A DNA stretch of 64,000 bases from an uncultured Acidobacteriota bacterium (GCA_963826865.1 CAWGYQ010000002.1:162241-226240); one strand, 5' to 3'; counted from the first letter of the stretch, positions 1-9,876 are shown. Notes: generated by a model not told the origin, from the letters alone. A program made the numbers and translations.

Positions 1-114
1 GCCGCTGTAGCGGCCGACGATTTCTTCGATCTGCGTGTGCAGATCGCTCACCTGCTGCTCGGTGGCCTCAGGTGAGACGATATAAACGAGCTCGTACTGT
101 CGGGTGATGCTCAT
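1..114 (-). CDS. rpsF: 30S ribosomal protein S6, N-terminal part (gene runs off the left edge)
   Basis: Minus-strand ATG at 114-112 preceded by GAAGGAGA. Translation MSITRQYELVYIVSPEATEQQVSDLHTQIEEIVGRYSG matches the conserved S6 N-terminus. Lies directly downstream of pth. Confidence 0.8.
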   Translation of the reverse strand, partial: MSITRQYELVYIVSPEATEQQVSDLHTQIEEIVGRYSG

Positions 115-205
115 AGGTCTCCTTCTGGACGCTTCGGGCCCTCAGCCCGCCTCCGGCGCGTTGTCGCGCCGTCACGGCCACCCATTGGTGGCAAGGAGCG
201 TGCGG

Positions 206-826
206 TCAGTGTGACGTATCGCGAGGCTCTTTGTCGTTCGGCTCCGTGTCGCTGTCGATCTCGTCGCTCCGGTTGAACACGTTCATCGTGCGCTCGATTC
301 CCTCGATCGCAAACATCTCCGCCGCGTCGGCTGCCCGCTGCACGCTCGCATCGACCACCGACCGCTCGTCGGCCTCGAAGCGGTCCAGCACGTGATCGGC
401 CAGGTCGCGGCTCGAATCCCCGCGACCGACGCCGACGCGCAACCGCGCGAACTCCATGGTGCCCAGCTCGTCGATGAGCGACCGCAGGCCGTTGTGCCCG
501 CCCGCCGATCCACGCGCCCGGGCCCTCAACCGCCCCAGCGGCAGGTTCACGTCGTCGGTCACCACCAGCAGGTCGGACGCCTCGATCCGAAAATACCGGA
601 GCAGCTCGGCCACCGCCCGCCCACTCAGGTTCATGAACGTGAGCGGCTTGGCGAGCAAGGCGCCGTCACCGAGCGTCCGCGCCTTCGCGTACATCGCGTC
701 GGCCGGCGCCGACGCGAACTCGGCGCCGTGGCGCCGGACCAGCTCGTCGAGCACGTCGAACCCCACGTTGTGCCGCGTGCCGCGATAGCGGCGCCCCGGG
801 TTGCCGAGCCCGACAATCAGCTTCAC
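206..826 (-). CDS. pth: peptidyl-tRNA hydrolase
   Basis: 206-aa ORF with GTG start. N-terminus KLIVGLGNPGRRYRGTRHNVGF is the Pth signature. Sits in the conserved prs-rplY-pth order. Confidence 0.92.
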   Translation of the reverse strand: MKLIVGLGNPGRRYRGTRHNVGFDVLDELVRRHGAEFASAPADAMYAKARTLGDGALLAKPLTFMNLSGRAVAELLRYFRIEASDLLVVTDDVNLPLGRLRARARGSAGGHNGLRSLIDELGTMEFARLRVGVGRGDSSRDLADHVLDRFEADERSVVDASVQRAADAAEMFAIEGIERTMNVFNRSDEIDSDTEPNDKEPRDTSH

Positions 827-833
827 CGCGCGG

Positions 834-1511
834 CTACTTGTCCTTGTCCTCGTCCTCGGCCTTCTCGACCTTGCCCTTCTTGATCACTTCCGGCTCGGCC
901 GGCGCGACCGGCGCGGCAGCCGCATCGGTCGCCGCAGCCTCCTCGGCCTTCGGCGTCACGACGTGTACGAGCATCAGCTCGAGGTCGCTCACCGGCTTCC
1001 ACTTGGCGCCCTCTGCCACATCGCGCAAACGCACGGCCTGGCCGAGCATCAGCTCCGAAACGTCCACCTCGATGTTCTCGGGAATCTCGGTCGGCAGCGT
1101 TTCGACTTCGATTTCGCGGTGGACGAAATCGAGCAGGCCGCCCTGCTGCTTCACGCCCCGCGCTTCGCCGCGCAGGACGATGGGCACGGTCACCGTGATC
1201 AGCCGGTCGAGCGCCACACGGTAGAAATCGGCGTGCAACAGGTGGTGCGTCACGGGGTCGAGCTGATATTCCTTGATGAGGACCTGCGACTCGCGCAGGC
1301 CCTCGATGCGCAGGGCAATCAAGGTGTTCGCACCGGACTCCGAGTGGAGAATGCGCAGCAGCGACTTGGGATCGACCGCGATGGCGTGCGTGCCCGATTC
1401 CGACCCGCTGTCGCCGTAGACGACGGCCGGCAGCCGGCCGGCGGCGCGGAGCCGATAGGCTTCGTTCTTCCCGCGCGTGTCGCGGGGGGTTGCTTCGAGT
1501 GTGACTGCCAT
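834..1511 (-). CDS. rplY: 50S ribosomal protein L25 / general stress protein Ctc
   Basis: 225-aa ORF with ATG start. L25/Ctc N-terminal domain (RLRAAGRLPAVVYG...) plus an Ala/Glu/Lys-rich tail. Lies between prs and pth. Confidence 0.9.
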   Translation of the reverse strand: MAVTLEATPRDTRGKNEAYRLRAAGRLPAVVYGDSGSESGTHAIAVDPKSLLRILHSESGANTLIALRIEGLRESQVLIKEYQLDPVTHHLLHADFYRVALDRLITVTVPIVLRGEARGVKQQGGLLDFVHREIEVETLPTEIPENIEVDVSELMLGQAVRLRDVAEGAKWKPVSDLELMLVHVVTPKAEEAAATDAAAAPVAPAEPEVIKKGKVEKAEDEDKDK

Positions 1512-1530
1512 AGAAATCCTTCGTTCTCTT

Positions 1531-2481
1531 TCAGACGAACAGCGACGATACCGACGTTTCCTCGTGAATGCTCTTGATGGCCTGTGCCAGCAGGCGCGCC
1601 ACCGACAGCACGACCACCTTCTTGCTCGCCGCGCGCTCGCCGTTCAGCGGAATCGTGTTGGTCACGACGAGCTTTTCCACGGGCGAGCGTTCGATGCGCT
1701 CAATCGCCGGGCCCGACAGCACGCCGTGCACGGCGCACGCGATGACGCGCTCGGCGCCGTTCTCCACGAGCGCATGAGCGGCTTTGACGATGGTGCCGGC
1801 GGTGTCGATGATGTCGTCCTGAATGATGCACGTCCGGCCGCTCACGTCGCCGATGACGTTCATCACTTCGGCCGTGCCGTCATCGGTTCGGCGCTTGTCG
1901 ATCACCGCCAGCTCGGCATCGAGGCGCTTGGCATACGCTCGCGCGCGCTCGGCGCCGCCGGCGTCGGGCGACACGAGCGTGAGGGCCGGGTAGTCGAGCC
2001 GCGACAGATGATCGATGATCACCGGCGCCGCAAACAGATGATCCACCGGAATGTCAAAGAACCCCTGAATCTGCGCCTTGTGCAGATCCATCGTCAGCAC
2101 GCGGTGCGTGCCCGCGGCGCTCAGCACGTTCGCCACGAGCTTGGCCGAGATCGGCACCCGCGGCTTGTCCTTGCGATCCTGCCGGCCGTAGCCGTAATAC
2201 GGCACCACCGCCGTGATGCGTGCCGCCGACGATCGACGAAACGCGTCGATCATGATGAGCAGCTCGACCAGGTGCTGATCGACCGGTGCGCAGGTCGGCT
2301 GCACGATGAACACGTCGGTGCCGCGGATGTTCTCGTCGATCTGAAACGACACCTCGGTGTCGGGGAACCGCCGCAGCCGCGCCTCGCCCATCGGGATGCC
2401 GAGACAGTCGGCAATCTCCCGCGCGAGCGTCGGGTGCGCGCTGCCCGAGAACACCTTCAACTCGCCGAATCCAACTGCCAT
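1531..2481 (-). CDS. prs: ribose-phosphate pyrophosphokinase (PRPP synthetase)
   Basis: 316-aa ORF. Motifs VLTMDLHKAQIQGFFDIPVDHL and the PRPP loop CIIQDDIIDTAGTIVKAA. Confidence 0.93.
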   Translation of the reverse strand: MAVGFGELKVFSGSAHPTLAREIADCLGIPMGEARLRRFPDTEVSFQIDENIRGTDVFIVQPTCAPVDQHLVELLIMIDAFRRSSAARITAVVPYYGYGRQDRKDKPRVPISAKLVANVLSAAGTHRVLTMDLHKAQIQGFFDIPVDHLFAAPVIIDHLSRLDYPALTLVSPDAGGAERARAYAKRLDAELAVIDKRRTDDGTAEVMNVIGDVSGRTCIIQDDIIDTAGTIVKAAHALVENGAERVIACAVHGVLSGPAIERIERSPVEKLVVTNTIPLNGERAASKKVVVLSVARLLAQAIKSIHEETSVSSLFV

Positions 2482-2515
2482 GCTGACCCGCTACCGCGCC
2501 CCTCGGTCGGGAAAC

Positions 2516-2590
2516 TGGCTGGGGCGGAAGGATTCGAACCTTCGAATACGGGATCCAAAGTCCCGCGCCTTACCGCTTGGCCACGCCCCA
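2516..2590 (-). tRNA. tRNA-Gln (anticodon TTG), CCA encoded
   Basis: Reverse complement reads TGGGGCG-T-GGCCAAGCGGTAAGGCG-CGGGA-CTTTGGA-TCCCG-TATTC-GAAGG-TTCGAAT-CCTTC-CGCCCCA-G-CCA. It has a 7-bp acceptor stem, a 5-bp anticodon stem, loop CTTTGGA (anticodon UUG) and a canonical T-arm. Confidence 0.9.
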
Positions 2591-2737
2591 TCGAGCACGC
2601 CGCCCATCCGCGTCGCCGACGCCCGCCTGGCCCGAGAACAAGGCGACTCGCCGCGTCCGCGTCGGCCCCGGCCCTTGTCGCCGTCCGGGGAGCTGACCTC
2701 AAGGAAGGGTTCGGCCGAGCCGGTGCAATCCGCGAGT

Positions 2738-3685
2738 TTAACCGATGAGAACCGATGGCGGCAAGCGTCGGAGCCTCTGCACGGCGCCGCGCTTCAGGTA
2801 ACGGCGTCGCTCGAGGACCCGGGTGACGATAGGGGTCCATCGCGTGCGTCGGAGCAATCGGAACGCCGAGGCGGCAGCGCGCTCGGTCGGAAACAGACCG
2901 AACACCGAGGAGCCACTGCCGGACATCGCCGCCAGGCTGGCCCCGCTTGCCTCGAGCGCGCGGCGCATCCGGGCAATGTCGGGATGTCGTGCCGCCACCG
3001 GCTGCTGCAGATCGTTCCAGACGTCGGTGGGCGTCAGGTAGGCCGAACCGTTCGCCTGGCTTTTCCTTGAAGGCGGCACCCGTCGAGCGCGCGGAGATGT
3101 CCCGGCGCGATCCGCATCGAGCCATTGGTAGGCATCCGCGGTCCGCACGCTGAAGGCGGGCACCAGAACGACGACCCATGTGGGCGCCATGGCGGCCAGC
3201 GGATACAACTCGTCGCCGCGTCCAAGGCCGAGCGCGGCCCCTCCGGTGAGAAAGAACGGCACGTCGGCGCCGAGCTCGGAGGCGATGTCCGCCAGCTCAT
3301 CGAACGGCAGTCGCGCCCGCCAGGCGACCGCGAGCGCTCGCAGGGCCGCCGCGGCATCGCTGCTGCCGCCGCCAAGGCCCCCACCGACCGGAATCCGCTT
3401 CTCGAGAACGACCTCGACGCCTCGAGGCGCTCCATCGCGTCCCAAACGTCGCCACAGCAGCTGCCCCGCACGCATCACGAGATTGGTCTCGTCGAGCGGC
3501 AGCCCGGCAGCGGTGCATCTGAGCCGCATCGCCCCTCTGCGCCGCAGGAGCGTCAGCGTGTCGTGCAGCTCGAGCGTTTGAAACACAGTCCGCAACTCGT
3601 GAAAGCCGTCCGGCCGCGTGCCCATCACGCGGAGCCCGATGTTGATCTTCGCGTACGCACGCGCTCTCAGCGCGTGATGGCTCAC
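2738..3685 (-). CDS. ispE: 4-diphosphocytidyl-2-C-methyl-D-erythritol kinase
   Basis: 315-aa ORF (GTG start). N-terminus AYAKINIGLRVMGTRPDGFHELRTVFQTL and the GHMP-kinase loop IPVGGGLGGGSSDAAAAL. Confidence 0.9.
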   Translation of the reverse strand: MSHHALRARAYAKINIGLRVMGTRPDGFHELRTVFQTLELHDTLTLLRRRGAMRLRCTAAGLPLDETNLVMRAGQLLWRRLGRDGAPRGVEVVLEKRIPVGGGLGGGSSDAAAALRALAVAWRARLPFDELADIASELGADVPFFLTGGAALGLGRGDELYPLAAMAPTWVVVLVPAFSVRTADAYQWLDADRAGTSPRARRVPPSRKSQANGSAYLTPTDVWNDLQQPVAARHPDIARMRRALEASGASLAAMSGSGSSVFGLFPTERAAASAFRLLRRTRWTPIVTRVLERRRYLKRGAVQRLRRLPPSVLIG

Positions 3686-4488
3686 GGTTGTCCCTCACGC
3701 CCCGTGCCTCTGAGCGGCCCACTCTCGCGCAGGGCGTTCAAATCGATGGGCACGGCATCGGGCGGCACCGTCAATTCGAACGCCTCGGGACCCAGAGCGA
3801 CGTTGGGCTCGAGGTCCGTGACGCGTACGCTCAAATCCACGCGTGCCGGCTCGCCGATGGATTGCAGTCGAATGGTGGAGGGAAACGCGGCCGAGCGCTC
3901 GACATATTCGATCCGCCAGGTCTCGGAGGTGGCCGCGAGGATCGTCCACCGGCCGGTCTCCTGGCGGGCGAAGAGACGCGCGCCGCCCTCCAGATCGATG
4001 GCGGCCCACTCGCCGTAGCTCCGCCCTCCGGTGGGCTGGGCCCCTGCAATTGCACAACCAGACAGAATCGCCAGCACGTCGGCTGGCGCGAGCGCGGCAC
4101 CGGTCAAGGCGTCGAGCACGTCGGAGGGCGCGGCGTCGCTGAGGACACGGTTGTCGCGCGGAAGAAGGAGCGTGGCGTGGCCCCCTCGGGCCACCAGAAT
4201 GAATGCCGGGGCGCCGAACGGAGCCAATCCTTCGAGGCGCAGCAGGTCTGGGCGAGCGACACCAAACAGGGCCCGGCCCCGCACGCGCCCGTCTCCGACG
4301 CGACCTGAAATCTGCAGCTCGCCCGTCAGCGCCTCTGCAGTCGCGCAGCCAGCGATCGCCTCGTCGTAGATTGCCTGGAAGTTGTCGAGCGGCGTGCCGG
4401 CGCCGGTCGGAAGCGTGAGACGCGGCGGCGCGCAGGCGGCGGCAGATGCGAGGGCAGCCGCCGCGACGAGTAGACGCGCGTCCCTCAC
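3682..4488 (-). CDS. putative outer-membrane lipoprotein, LolB-like by position
   Basis: 268-aa ORF. Signal peptide ends in a lipobox-like ALASAAAC. Its position immediately upstream of ispE-prs mirrors the lolB-ispE-prs arrangement of proteobacteria. I could not name a diagnostic catalytic motif, so the function is tentative. Confidence 0.45.
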   Translation of the reverse strand: MRDARLLVAAAALASAAACAPPRLTLPTGAGTPLDNFQAIYDEAIAGCATAEALTGELQISGRVGDGRVRGRALFGVARPDLLRLEGLAPFGAPAFILVARGGHATLLLPRDNRVLSDAAPSDVLDALTGAALAPADVLAILSGCAIAGAQPTGGRSYGEWAAIDLEGGARLFARQETGRWTILAATSETWRIEYVERSAAFPSTIRLQSIGEPARVDLSVRVTDLEPNVALGPEAFELTVPPDAVPIDLNALRESGPLRGTGREGQP

Positions 4489-4491
4489 GCG

Positions 4492-6174
4492 CTACTTGGC
4501 CTTCTCGCGCGCGCTGCGAATCTTCTGCTCGATCGTGGATCGCTCGATCGACTCACCGTCGCCCGCGAGCGAGCGTTCCCAGGCCACGATGGCCTCGGCG
4601 TAGCGTCCAAGACGGAACAACAGTTCTCCCCAGTGATCCTGCACCACCGAGTTGCGCTGCAGCTCCTCGCTTGCCCGCCTGAGCGGCGGCTCGGCACGAT
4701 CGAGCGCGTCGAGCTTGAAGTAGGCCCAGCCGAGGCTGTCGAGGTACGACGGGTTGTCGGGCTCGACCGCCAGCGCGCGCTCGATGAACTGCACCGACTC
4801 CTCGAGCCGTTCGCCCTGATCGGCGAGCATGTAGCCGAGATAGTTGAGCGTGGGAGCGTGCTGGGGGTCGCGCGCCAGGGCCGTGCGGAATGCCTTCTCG
4901 GCTTCGTCGTAACGCTTCTGGCGCTCGTAGGTCGCGCCAATCTGAAAAGCAATTGATGCGTCCGGCGAGAGCTTGTCGGCGTCTTCCAGGGCGCCAACGG
5001 CCTTGGTCGAGTCGCCCGCTTGCTCGTAGGCGAACCCCAGGTGGAGCAAGAGTCGTGCGCCGTCCTGCTGCGCGGAAGAACCGGCCGTGCCTCGCGCCCG
5101 CGTGGCCAGCGGCTCGAGCACTTCGATCACGCGGCGGTACTCGTTGCGATCCTCGAAGATCTGGGCGAGCAGGTACGGGCCCCGCAGGCTTCCTGGATCC
5201 GCATCCACCAGCTTCCGCGCCGTCGCCTCGGCCGCCGGCAAGTCCCGCAGTCGACGCTGCGCAATCGCCAGGAGATAGAGTGCGCGCGATTCGCCTGGCC
5301 GCTCGCGCACGAGGGTTTCGAGCACCCCGCGCGCTTTCAGGGCAGGCGCATCGCCCGACTGATTGAGCAGGGCCGTGGCCCAGCGCAGCTTCACGTCGAC
5401 GCTTCGCGGACTCGCGGACGCAGCCTTTTCGTATGCGGCCGCCGCCTCGGGCCAGCGCTCGGTGCGCTCGTACAACTCGCCCAGCACGCGATAGAACTGC
5501 GGCTGTTCGGGCGCCAGCTGCTCGAGCAGCTGCACGGCCTCGCGTTCGCGACCCATGGTCGAATACGCCTGCACCAGGAGCCCGATCGTCTCCGTGTACT
5601 GTGGCTCGCGCTCGAGCAGTTCGCTCAGCAGAGGAATGGCCTTGGCCGCGTCACCTGACCGCAGGTACAGCCGTGCGAGCATCAGCTCCGCGCCGGGATC
5701 GTCGCCCAGTGAGGCCCGTTCGAGGTGTGAAATAGCACGCGAGAGCGACTCGCCCGCGCGCTCGCGATCGTCGGCCTGAGCCATCGACGCGTACACCGTG
5801 CCGAGCACGCGATGCGCATCGGCGTTGTCCGGATCGACAGCGAGCGCCGACTGACCCGCCGCCACGGCGTCCTCGGCGCGATTCATCCGCAGATAGAGCG
5901 ACGCGAGCATCACCGGGATCTCGGCCGACGCCGGATCGAGTCTGGCGGCACGCTGGTAGGCGGCGATGGCGCCGTCGAGGTCGCCTTCGCTCTCGTTGTG
6001 CAGCCCGAGCAGGAACTCGTAATAGGATGACGCCCGCGCCGCGGAGTCAGTTTCTGTCAACGCAGACGGGCTCGCCGTCTGGGCGGCGCGATCCGGGACG
6101 GCCGCGGCGACGGAGAGCCGTCCCGCGGTCGGCTCCATTCCGCCCATCGCCAAGGCCAGCAGCAGAGCAATCAT
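4492..6174 (-). CDS. tetratricopeptide (TPR) repeat protein with N-terminal signal/anchor
   Basis: 560-aa ORF (ATG). Repeated 34-residue A/L/Y-rich units, e.g. AIAAYQRAARLDPASAEI, ALAVDPDNADAHRVLGTVY, AFRTALARDPQHAPTLNYLGYML. Confidence 0.8.
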   Translation of the reverse strand: MIALLLALAMGGMEPTAGRLSVAAAVPDRAAQTASPSALTETDSAARASSYYEFLLGLHNESEGDLDGAIAAYQRAARLDPASAEIPVMLASLYLRMNRAEDAVAAGQSALAVDPDNADAHRVLGTVYASMAQADDRERAGESLSRAISHLERASLGDDPGAELMLARLYLRSGDAAKAIPLLSELLEREPQYTETIGLLVQAYSTMGREREAVQLLEQLAPEQPQFYRVLGELYERTERWPEAAAAYEKAASASPRSVDVKLRWATALLNQSGDAPALKARGVLETLVRERPGESRALYLLAIAQRRLRDLPAAEATARKLVDADPGSLRGPYLLAQIFEDRNEYRRVIEVLEPLATRARGTAGSSAQQDGARLLLHLGFAYEQAGDSTKAVGALEDADKLSPDASIAFQIGATYERQKRYDEAEKAFRTALARDPQHAPTLNYLGYMLADQGERLEESVQFIERALAVEPDNPSYLDSLGWAYFKLDALDRAEPPLRRASEELQRNSVVQDHWGELLFRLGRYAEAIVAWERSLAGDGESIERSTIEQKIRSAREKAK

Positions 6175-6254
6175 CGTCGAATCATTGTTCCATAGAAGCC
6201 GGGCGCGTCATAGCCGGGCGGTGTCCAACGACGACAAGTTCGACCTTTCGGCAG

Positions 6255-6283
6255 TCGACCCGTCAGGGGTCTTTCGATATAGT
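6255..6283 (+). promoter_or_regulatory. candidate sigma70-type promoter for the Trm112-like gene
   Basis: TCGACC (6255-6260), 17-nt spacer, TATAGT (6278-6283), about 30 nt upstream of ATG 6314. Lies in the divergent intergenic region. Confidence 0.25.
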
Positions 6284-6313
6284 TTCGGAACAGATTGCAA
6301 AGGAGCTCAGCGA

Positions 6314-6499
6314 ATGGCAGTCGATCCGGAACTGCTCGAGATTCTGGCGTGTCCCAACTGCAAGACTCCGGTCACGCTGGTCAAGGACGGAGCCGGCCTG
6401 AAGTGCGGCCAATGTCATCGCGTCTATCCGATCAAGGATGACATCCCGGTGATGCTGATCGACGAGGCGACGATCGAGCCCGACCGCGCACCGGGATAG
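6314..6499 (+). CDS. Trm112/YcaR (UPF0434) family zinc-ribbon protein
   Basis: 61 aa from ATG 6314, with AGGAG at 6301-6305. LACPNCKTPV...KCGQCHRVYPIKDDIPVML is the Trm112-like CxxC...CxxC fold. The longer ORF from 6185 has no support. Confidence 0.8.
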   Translation: MAVDPELLEILACPNCKTPVTLVKDGAGLKCGQCHRVYPIKDDIPVMLIDEATIEPDRAPG

Positions 6500-7552
6500 T
6501 CAGCCGGCACTCGTCGCCGAAATCGTCGTGAGCTCATCGATCGCCGCCAGCGCCTCTGCGGGCGTGATCGACTGCATGCAGATGTTCTCGCGGCAGCTCT
6601 TCATCAGCGGCGTTCCGTAGCAGGGTGCGCAGAAAACCGGATGCCGCACGATTCTGACGGGGCTTCGCGTGGAAATCGGCCTGGTTTGATCAAGAATCCC
6701 GGGTCCCCACAAGACAACCAGCGGCGTGCCCACGGCGGCGGCCACGTGCGCCGGTCCGGAGTCCACCGAAACGAACAGGACGGTGCGCCGGATGACGGCC
6801 GCGAGCTGGCGAACTGTCGTCCGCCCCGCGAGCAGCCGAGACGTTCCCTCGGGCAGGCTGGCGGCAATCCGTTCTGCGAGCTCGCGATCGTCGGCCGAGC
6901 CGGTGAGCACCAGGTGAAACCCGCGGCTCGCCAGGGTTCGGCCGAGCGCGGAGAAGTTTTCCGCGCTCCATCCGCGCAGTCGGTGCTCCTGGATGTTCTT
7001 GTGCCGCTTCGCCCCGTAACCCGCATGGAGACCGATGATCGGCCGGCCGACTCCACGCAGGAAATCCTCGGCGGCCTTCTCGTCGTCGGCCGAGAGCGGC
7101 AAGTCCATGCGAAGCCGATCCTCCGGCCAGCGGTCGAAACCTGCGGCGCGGAGGTTGTTCACCATGCTGTGCAGCGCGGGATCGAAGCGAATGGTGTCGA
7201 AACCACGGACCTCGGCGGCTCCGGCACGTCGCACCAGATCGAAATACCGGTCGGCGTGCTCGAGGACGACGGCCAGCTCGTAAGCCTGCCCCGCGAGGCC
7301 GCGCGCCAGCTGGCGCTTCTCGAGCGAGAGCGCATGTGGCAGATTGCGGTTCTTGAGCGACCAGACTCGGCGGATATTCGGATTGAGCTCGAGGAGCGGC
7401 GCGGCTTCCGCGCTGCAGAGGAAATCGATGGAGGCGCCGGGGTGCCGCTCGCGAAGCGCCGCCACGACCGGCGTGGCCATCAGCGTGTCCCCGAGGGCAC
7501 CCGCCCGCACGACGAGGATCCGTGAGAACGAGGGGGGGATGCTGGAGTTCAC
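6500..7552 (-). CDS. glycosyltransferase family 9 (LPS heptosyltransferase-like)
   Basis: 350-aa ORF (GTG). N-terminus ILVVRAGALGDTLMATPVVAALRERHP is the GT9 signature. C-terminal half reads ...GPAHVAAAVGTPLVVLWGP. Confidence 0.8.
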   Translation of the reverse strand: MNSSIPPSFSRILVVRAGALGDTLMATPVVAALRERHPGASIDFLCSAEAAPLLELNPNIRRVWSLKNRNLPHALSLEKRQLARGLAGQAYELAVVLEHADRYFDLVRRAGAAEVRGFDTIRFDPALHSMVNNLRAAGFDRWPEDRLRMDLPLSADDEKAAEDFLRGVGRPIIGLHAGYGAKRHKNIQEHRLRGWSAENFSALGRTLASRGFHLVLTGSADDRELAERIAASLPEGTSRLLAGRTTVRQLAAVIRRTVLFVSVDSGPAHVAAAVGTPLVVLWGPGILDQTRPISTRSPVRIVRHPVFCAPCYGTPLMKSCRENICMQSITPAEALAAIDELTTISATSAG

Positions 7553-7580
7553 TTACGGCGCGACGATCGACGCCGCAGTC

Positions 7581-7586
7581 TATAAT
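7581..7586 (+). promoter_or_regulatory. perfect TATAAT -10 hexamer upstream of the O-antigen-ligase-like gene
   Basis: TATAAT at 7581-7586 in the 93-nt divergent intergenic region, about 60 nt before ATG 7646. A perfect hexamer should be rare at this GC content. No good -35. Confidence 0.25.
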
Positions 7587-7645
7587 ACACGGCTGATCGA
7601 CGTCCTTCCGTCGACGTTCCGCGCTCCCGCGTCGGGCTGCGGGGA

Positions 7646-8845
7646 ATGCTCGGGCCACGCCGTCCACTCATGACTTCCATCAGCATGCTGGCTGGGGCGC
7701 CGCCTCGCGATCGGCTGGAACTGACGGGGCTGCTGGCGCTCATCGGTTGCGTGGGCTTGCTGCAGTTTTCAATCGTGGCGGCCCAGGCATGCCTCGCGCT
7801 GGCGCTCGTGTGCTGGGTGGCTTCGCTCGCCGTCCATCACCAGCGCATCGAGGCGCCGAGGTTCTTCGTGCCGCTCGTCGCGTACGCGGGCCTCACCTTG
7901 ATCTCGGCCGCCGCCTCGGCTGACCCTGCCACCGGGTTCGCTGACTCCAAGCAGCTCCTGCTCTTCGCCGTGGTCCCGGCCGTGTATCACTTCGCCCGTG
8001 GCGACCGGGCCCGCCTGGTCGTCAACGTCCTCATCACCGTGGGCGCGATCAGCGCCGCCGTGGGCATCGTGCAGTACGGCATCTTGCACTACGACAATCT
8101 CGGTCAGCGCCCGCGCGGGACTCTCGGCCACTACATGACGTACTCGGGCCTGCTCATGCTGGTCATCTGCGCCGCTGCGGCCCGCCTGCTGTTCGAGACG
8201 CGCGAGCGCACCTGGCCGGCGCTCGTGATGCCGGCGCTGCTCGTGGCCGTGGCCGTAACCTTTACGCGAAGCGCGTGGGTCGGCGCCTCCGCGGCGGTGG
8301 CCCTGCTCTTCCTGATCAAGGATTTCCGGCTGATTGCGGTGCTGCCCATCGTGGTGGCCGTATTCTTTGCCGCCGCGCCGGCCCGTCTCACCGAGCGCTT
8401 CCTCTCGATGTTCGATCCGAGCGATATCACCGGACGAGACCGCGTCGCGATGCTCAGGGCCGGCGCCAACATCATCCGCCAGCATCCGCTCACGGGCGTG
8501 GGACCGAACATGATCGAGCGCGTGTACCCGCAGTACCGCGATCCGTCGGCTGTCGAGAAAACGGCCCCGCACCTCCACAACGTTCCCGTGCAGATTGCGG
8601 CCGAACGCGGGCTGCCGGCGCTCGCGGCCTGGATCTGGTTCATCGCCCAGGCGTCGCTCGATCTGCTGAAGAAGGTGCGCACCACGTCCCACCGCTTCCT
8701 GCCCGCCACGGCGCTCGCGTCGATTGCCGCGATGCTGGCCGCCGGACTGTTCGAATACAATTTCGGCGATTCAGAATTCCTGATGCTGTTCCTCGTGCTG
8801 ATTACCCTTCCGTTCGCCGAGGATCGCGAGAGCTTCCGCGCATGA
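7646..8845 (+). CDS. O-antigen ligase (Wzy_C/WaaL-like) family membrane protein
   Basis: 399-aa polytopic ORF. Wzy_C-type segment VAVTFTRSAWVGASAAVALLFL. Flanked by heptose/LPS genes. The start could instead be a downstream in-frame Met. Confidence 0.7.
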   Translation: MLGPRRPLMTSISMLAGAPPRDRLELTGLLALIGCVGLLQFSIVAAQACLALALVCWVASLAVHHQRIEAPRFFVPLVAYAGLTLISAAASADPATGFADSKQLLLFAVVPAVYHFARGDRARLVVNVLITVGAISAAVGIVQYGILHYDNLGQRPRGTLGHYMTYSGLLMLVICAAAARLLFETRERTWPALVMPALLVAVAVTFTRSAWVGASAAVALLFLIKDFRLIAVLPIVVAVFFAAAPARLTERFLSMFDPSDITGRDRVAMLRAGANIIRQHPLTGVGPNMIERVYPQYRDPSAVEKTAPHLHNVPVQIAAERGLPALAAWIWFIAQASLDLLKKVRTTSHRFLPATALASIAAMLAAGLFEYNFGDSEFLMLFLVLITLPFAEDRESFRA

Positions 8846-9864
8846 GCCGGACGCCGGCCCCGGCGCCGCTGCCGTCCCTGTCCGAGGGACGCGTGGCCGA
8901 TCTGCTGAACGGTTTCGAGCGGGTCTCGCTCGTGGTCGTGGGCGATCTGATGCTGGATCAGTTTCTCGTGGGGCAGGTTCGGCGCATCTCACCCGAGGCG
9001 CCCGTACCGGTCGTCGAGTTCGAACGCGACGAGTACCGCATGGGCGGCGCCTCCAACGTCGCCAACAACGCGCACGCGCTCGGGGCGCGGGTCGAGCTCG
9101 TCGGCGTGGTCGGCGACGACGCTCCGGCGGCCAGGCTCCGTCAACAGCTGACCAGCCGCGGCATCGGCACGTCGGCCGTGCTCACCGATCCAGACCGCAA
9201 GACCACAACGAAGATGCGCATCGTCACCGACCGCCACCAACAGGTGGCCCGCGTCGACTACGAGAGCGAGGCCGACATCTCCGAGCGCCTCGAGCGGGAC
9301 CTCGCCGAGGCGACCGACCAGCTGGCGGCTACTGCGGGCGCCATCATCGTGTCCGACTATCTGAAAGGCGGCATCACCGCCGGCCTGATGGCGCGCCTCG
9401 TGACCATCGCACACCGCCGGCGCATCCCGGTGCTGGTCGATCCGAAGATTCCGCACATCGGCTTCTACCGCCACACGCGCATGGTGACGCCGAACCATCA
9501 CGAAGCCGAGATCGCGACCAACCGGCGGATTCGCACCGACAGCGAGGCGCTCGACGCCGCGAGGGACTTCCGCGAACGAGCGGGGTGCGAAGGTGTGCTG
9601 ATCACCCGGGGTGAGCACGGTATGTGGCTGCTGGACGGCGAGACGGAAGGATCGCTTGCTGCCGTGGCGCGCGAGGTGTCGGATGTGACCGGAGCCGGCG
9701 ACACCGTGATCGCCACGCTTGCCCTGGCATTTGCCGGCGGCGCGTCGATGGCCGAGGCCGCGACGCTTGCCAATCACGCCGCCGGCGTTTCGGTGGGAAA
9801 GTTCGGGCCGTCGACCGTCGACCGCAATGAGCTGAGCGGGGCCCTGGCCGCGGCGAGGGACTGA
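8842..9864 (+). CDS. D-glycero-beta-D-manno-heptose-7-phosphate kinase (HldE/RfaE domain I only, PfkB family)
   Basis: 340 aa from ATG 8842 (ATGA overlap with the upstream stop). VVVGDLMLDQFLVGQVRRISPEAPVPVV and the C-terminal DVTGAGDTVIATLA match RfaE domain I. No adenylyltransferase domain present. Confidence 0.8.
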   Translation: MSRTPAPAPLPSLSEGRVADLLNGFERVSLVVVGDLMLDQFLVGQVRRISPEAPVPVVEFERDEYRMGGASNVANNAHALGARVELVGVVGDDAPAARLRQQLTSRGIGTSAVLTDPDRKTTTKMRIVTDRHQQVARVDYESEADISERLERDLAEATDQLAATAGAIIVSDYLKGGITAGLMARLVTIAHRRRIPVLVDPKIPHIGFYRHTRMVTPNHHEAEIATNRRIRTDSEALDAARDFRERAGCEGVLITRGEHGMWLLDGETEGSLAAVAREVSDVTGAGDTVIATLALAFAGGASMAEAATLANHAAGVSVGKFGPSTVDRNELSGALAAARD

Positions 9865-9876
9865 TTCCTCTCCGTG

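Noticed and set aside
115-205. Two small hairpins (CCACC-aatg-GGTGG and GCGCG-acaa-CGCGC) in the pth-rpsF spacer as a possible S6:S18 autoregulatory leader
   Set aside because: The stems are only 5 bp, and I cannot verify similarity to the published rpsF leader motif without a covariance-model search.
8275-8841. N-terminal 189-aa extension of the heptose kinase ORF, overlapping the O-antigen-ligase-like gene in another frame
   Set aside because: The extension is Arg-rich with no PfkB homology. Homology starts right after Met 8842, whose ATG overlaps the upstream stop codon in a typical ATGA coupling.
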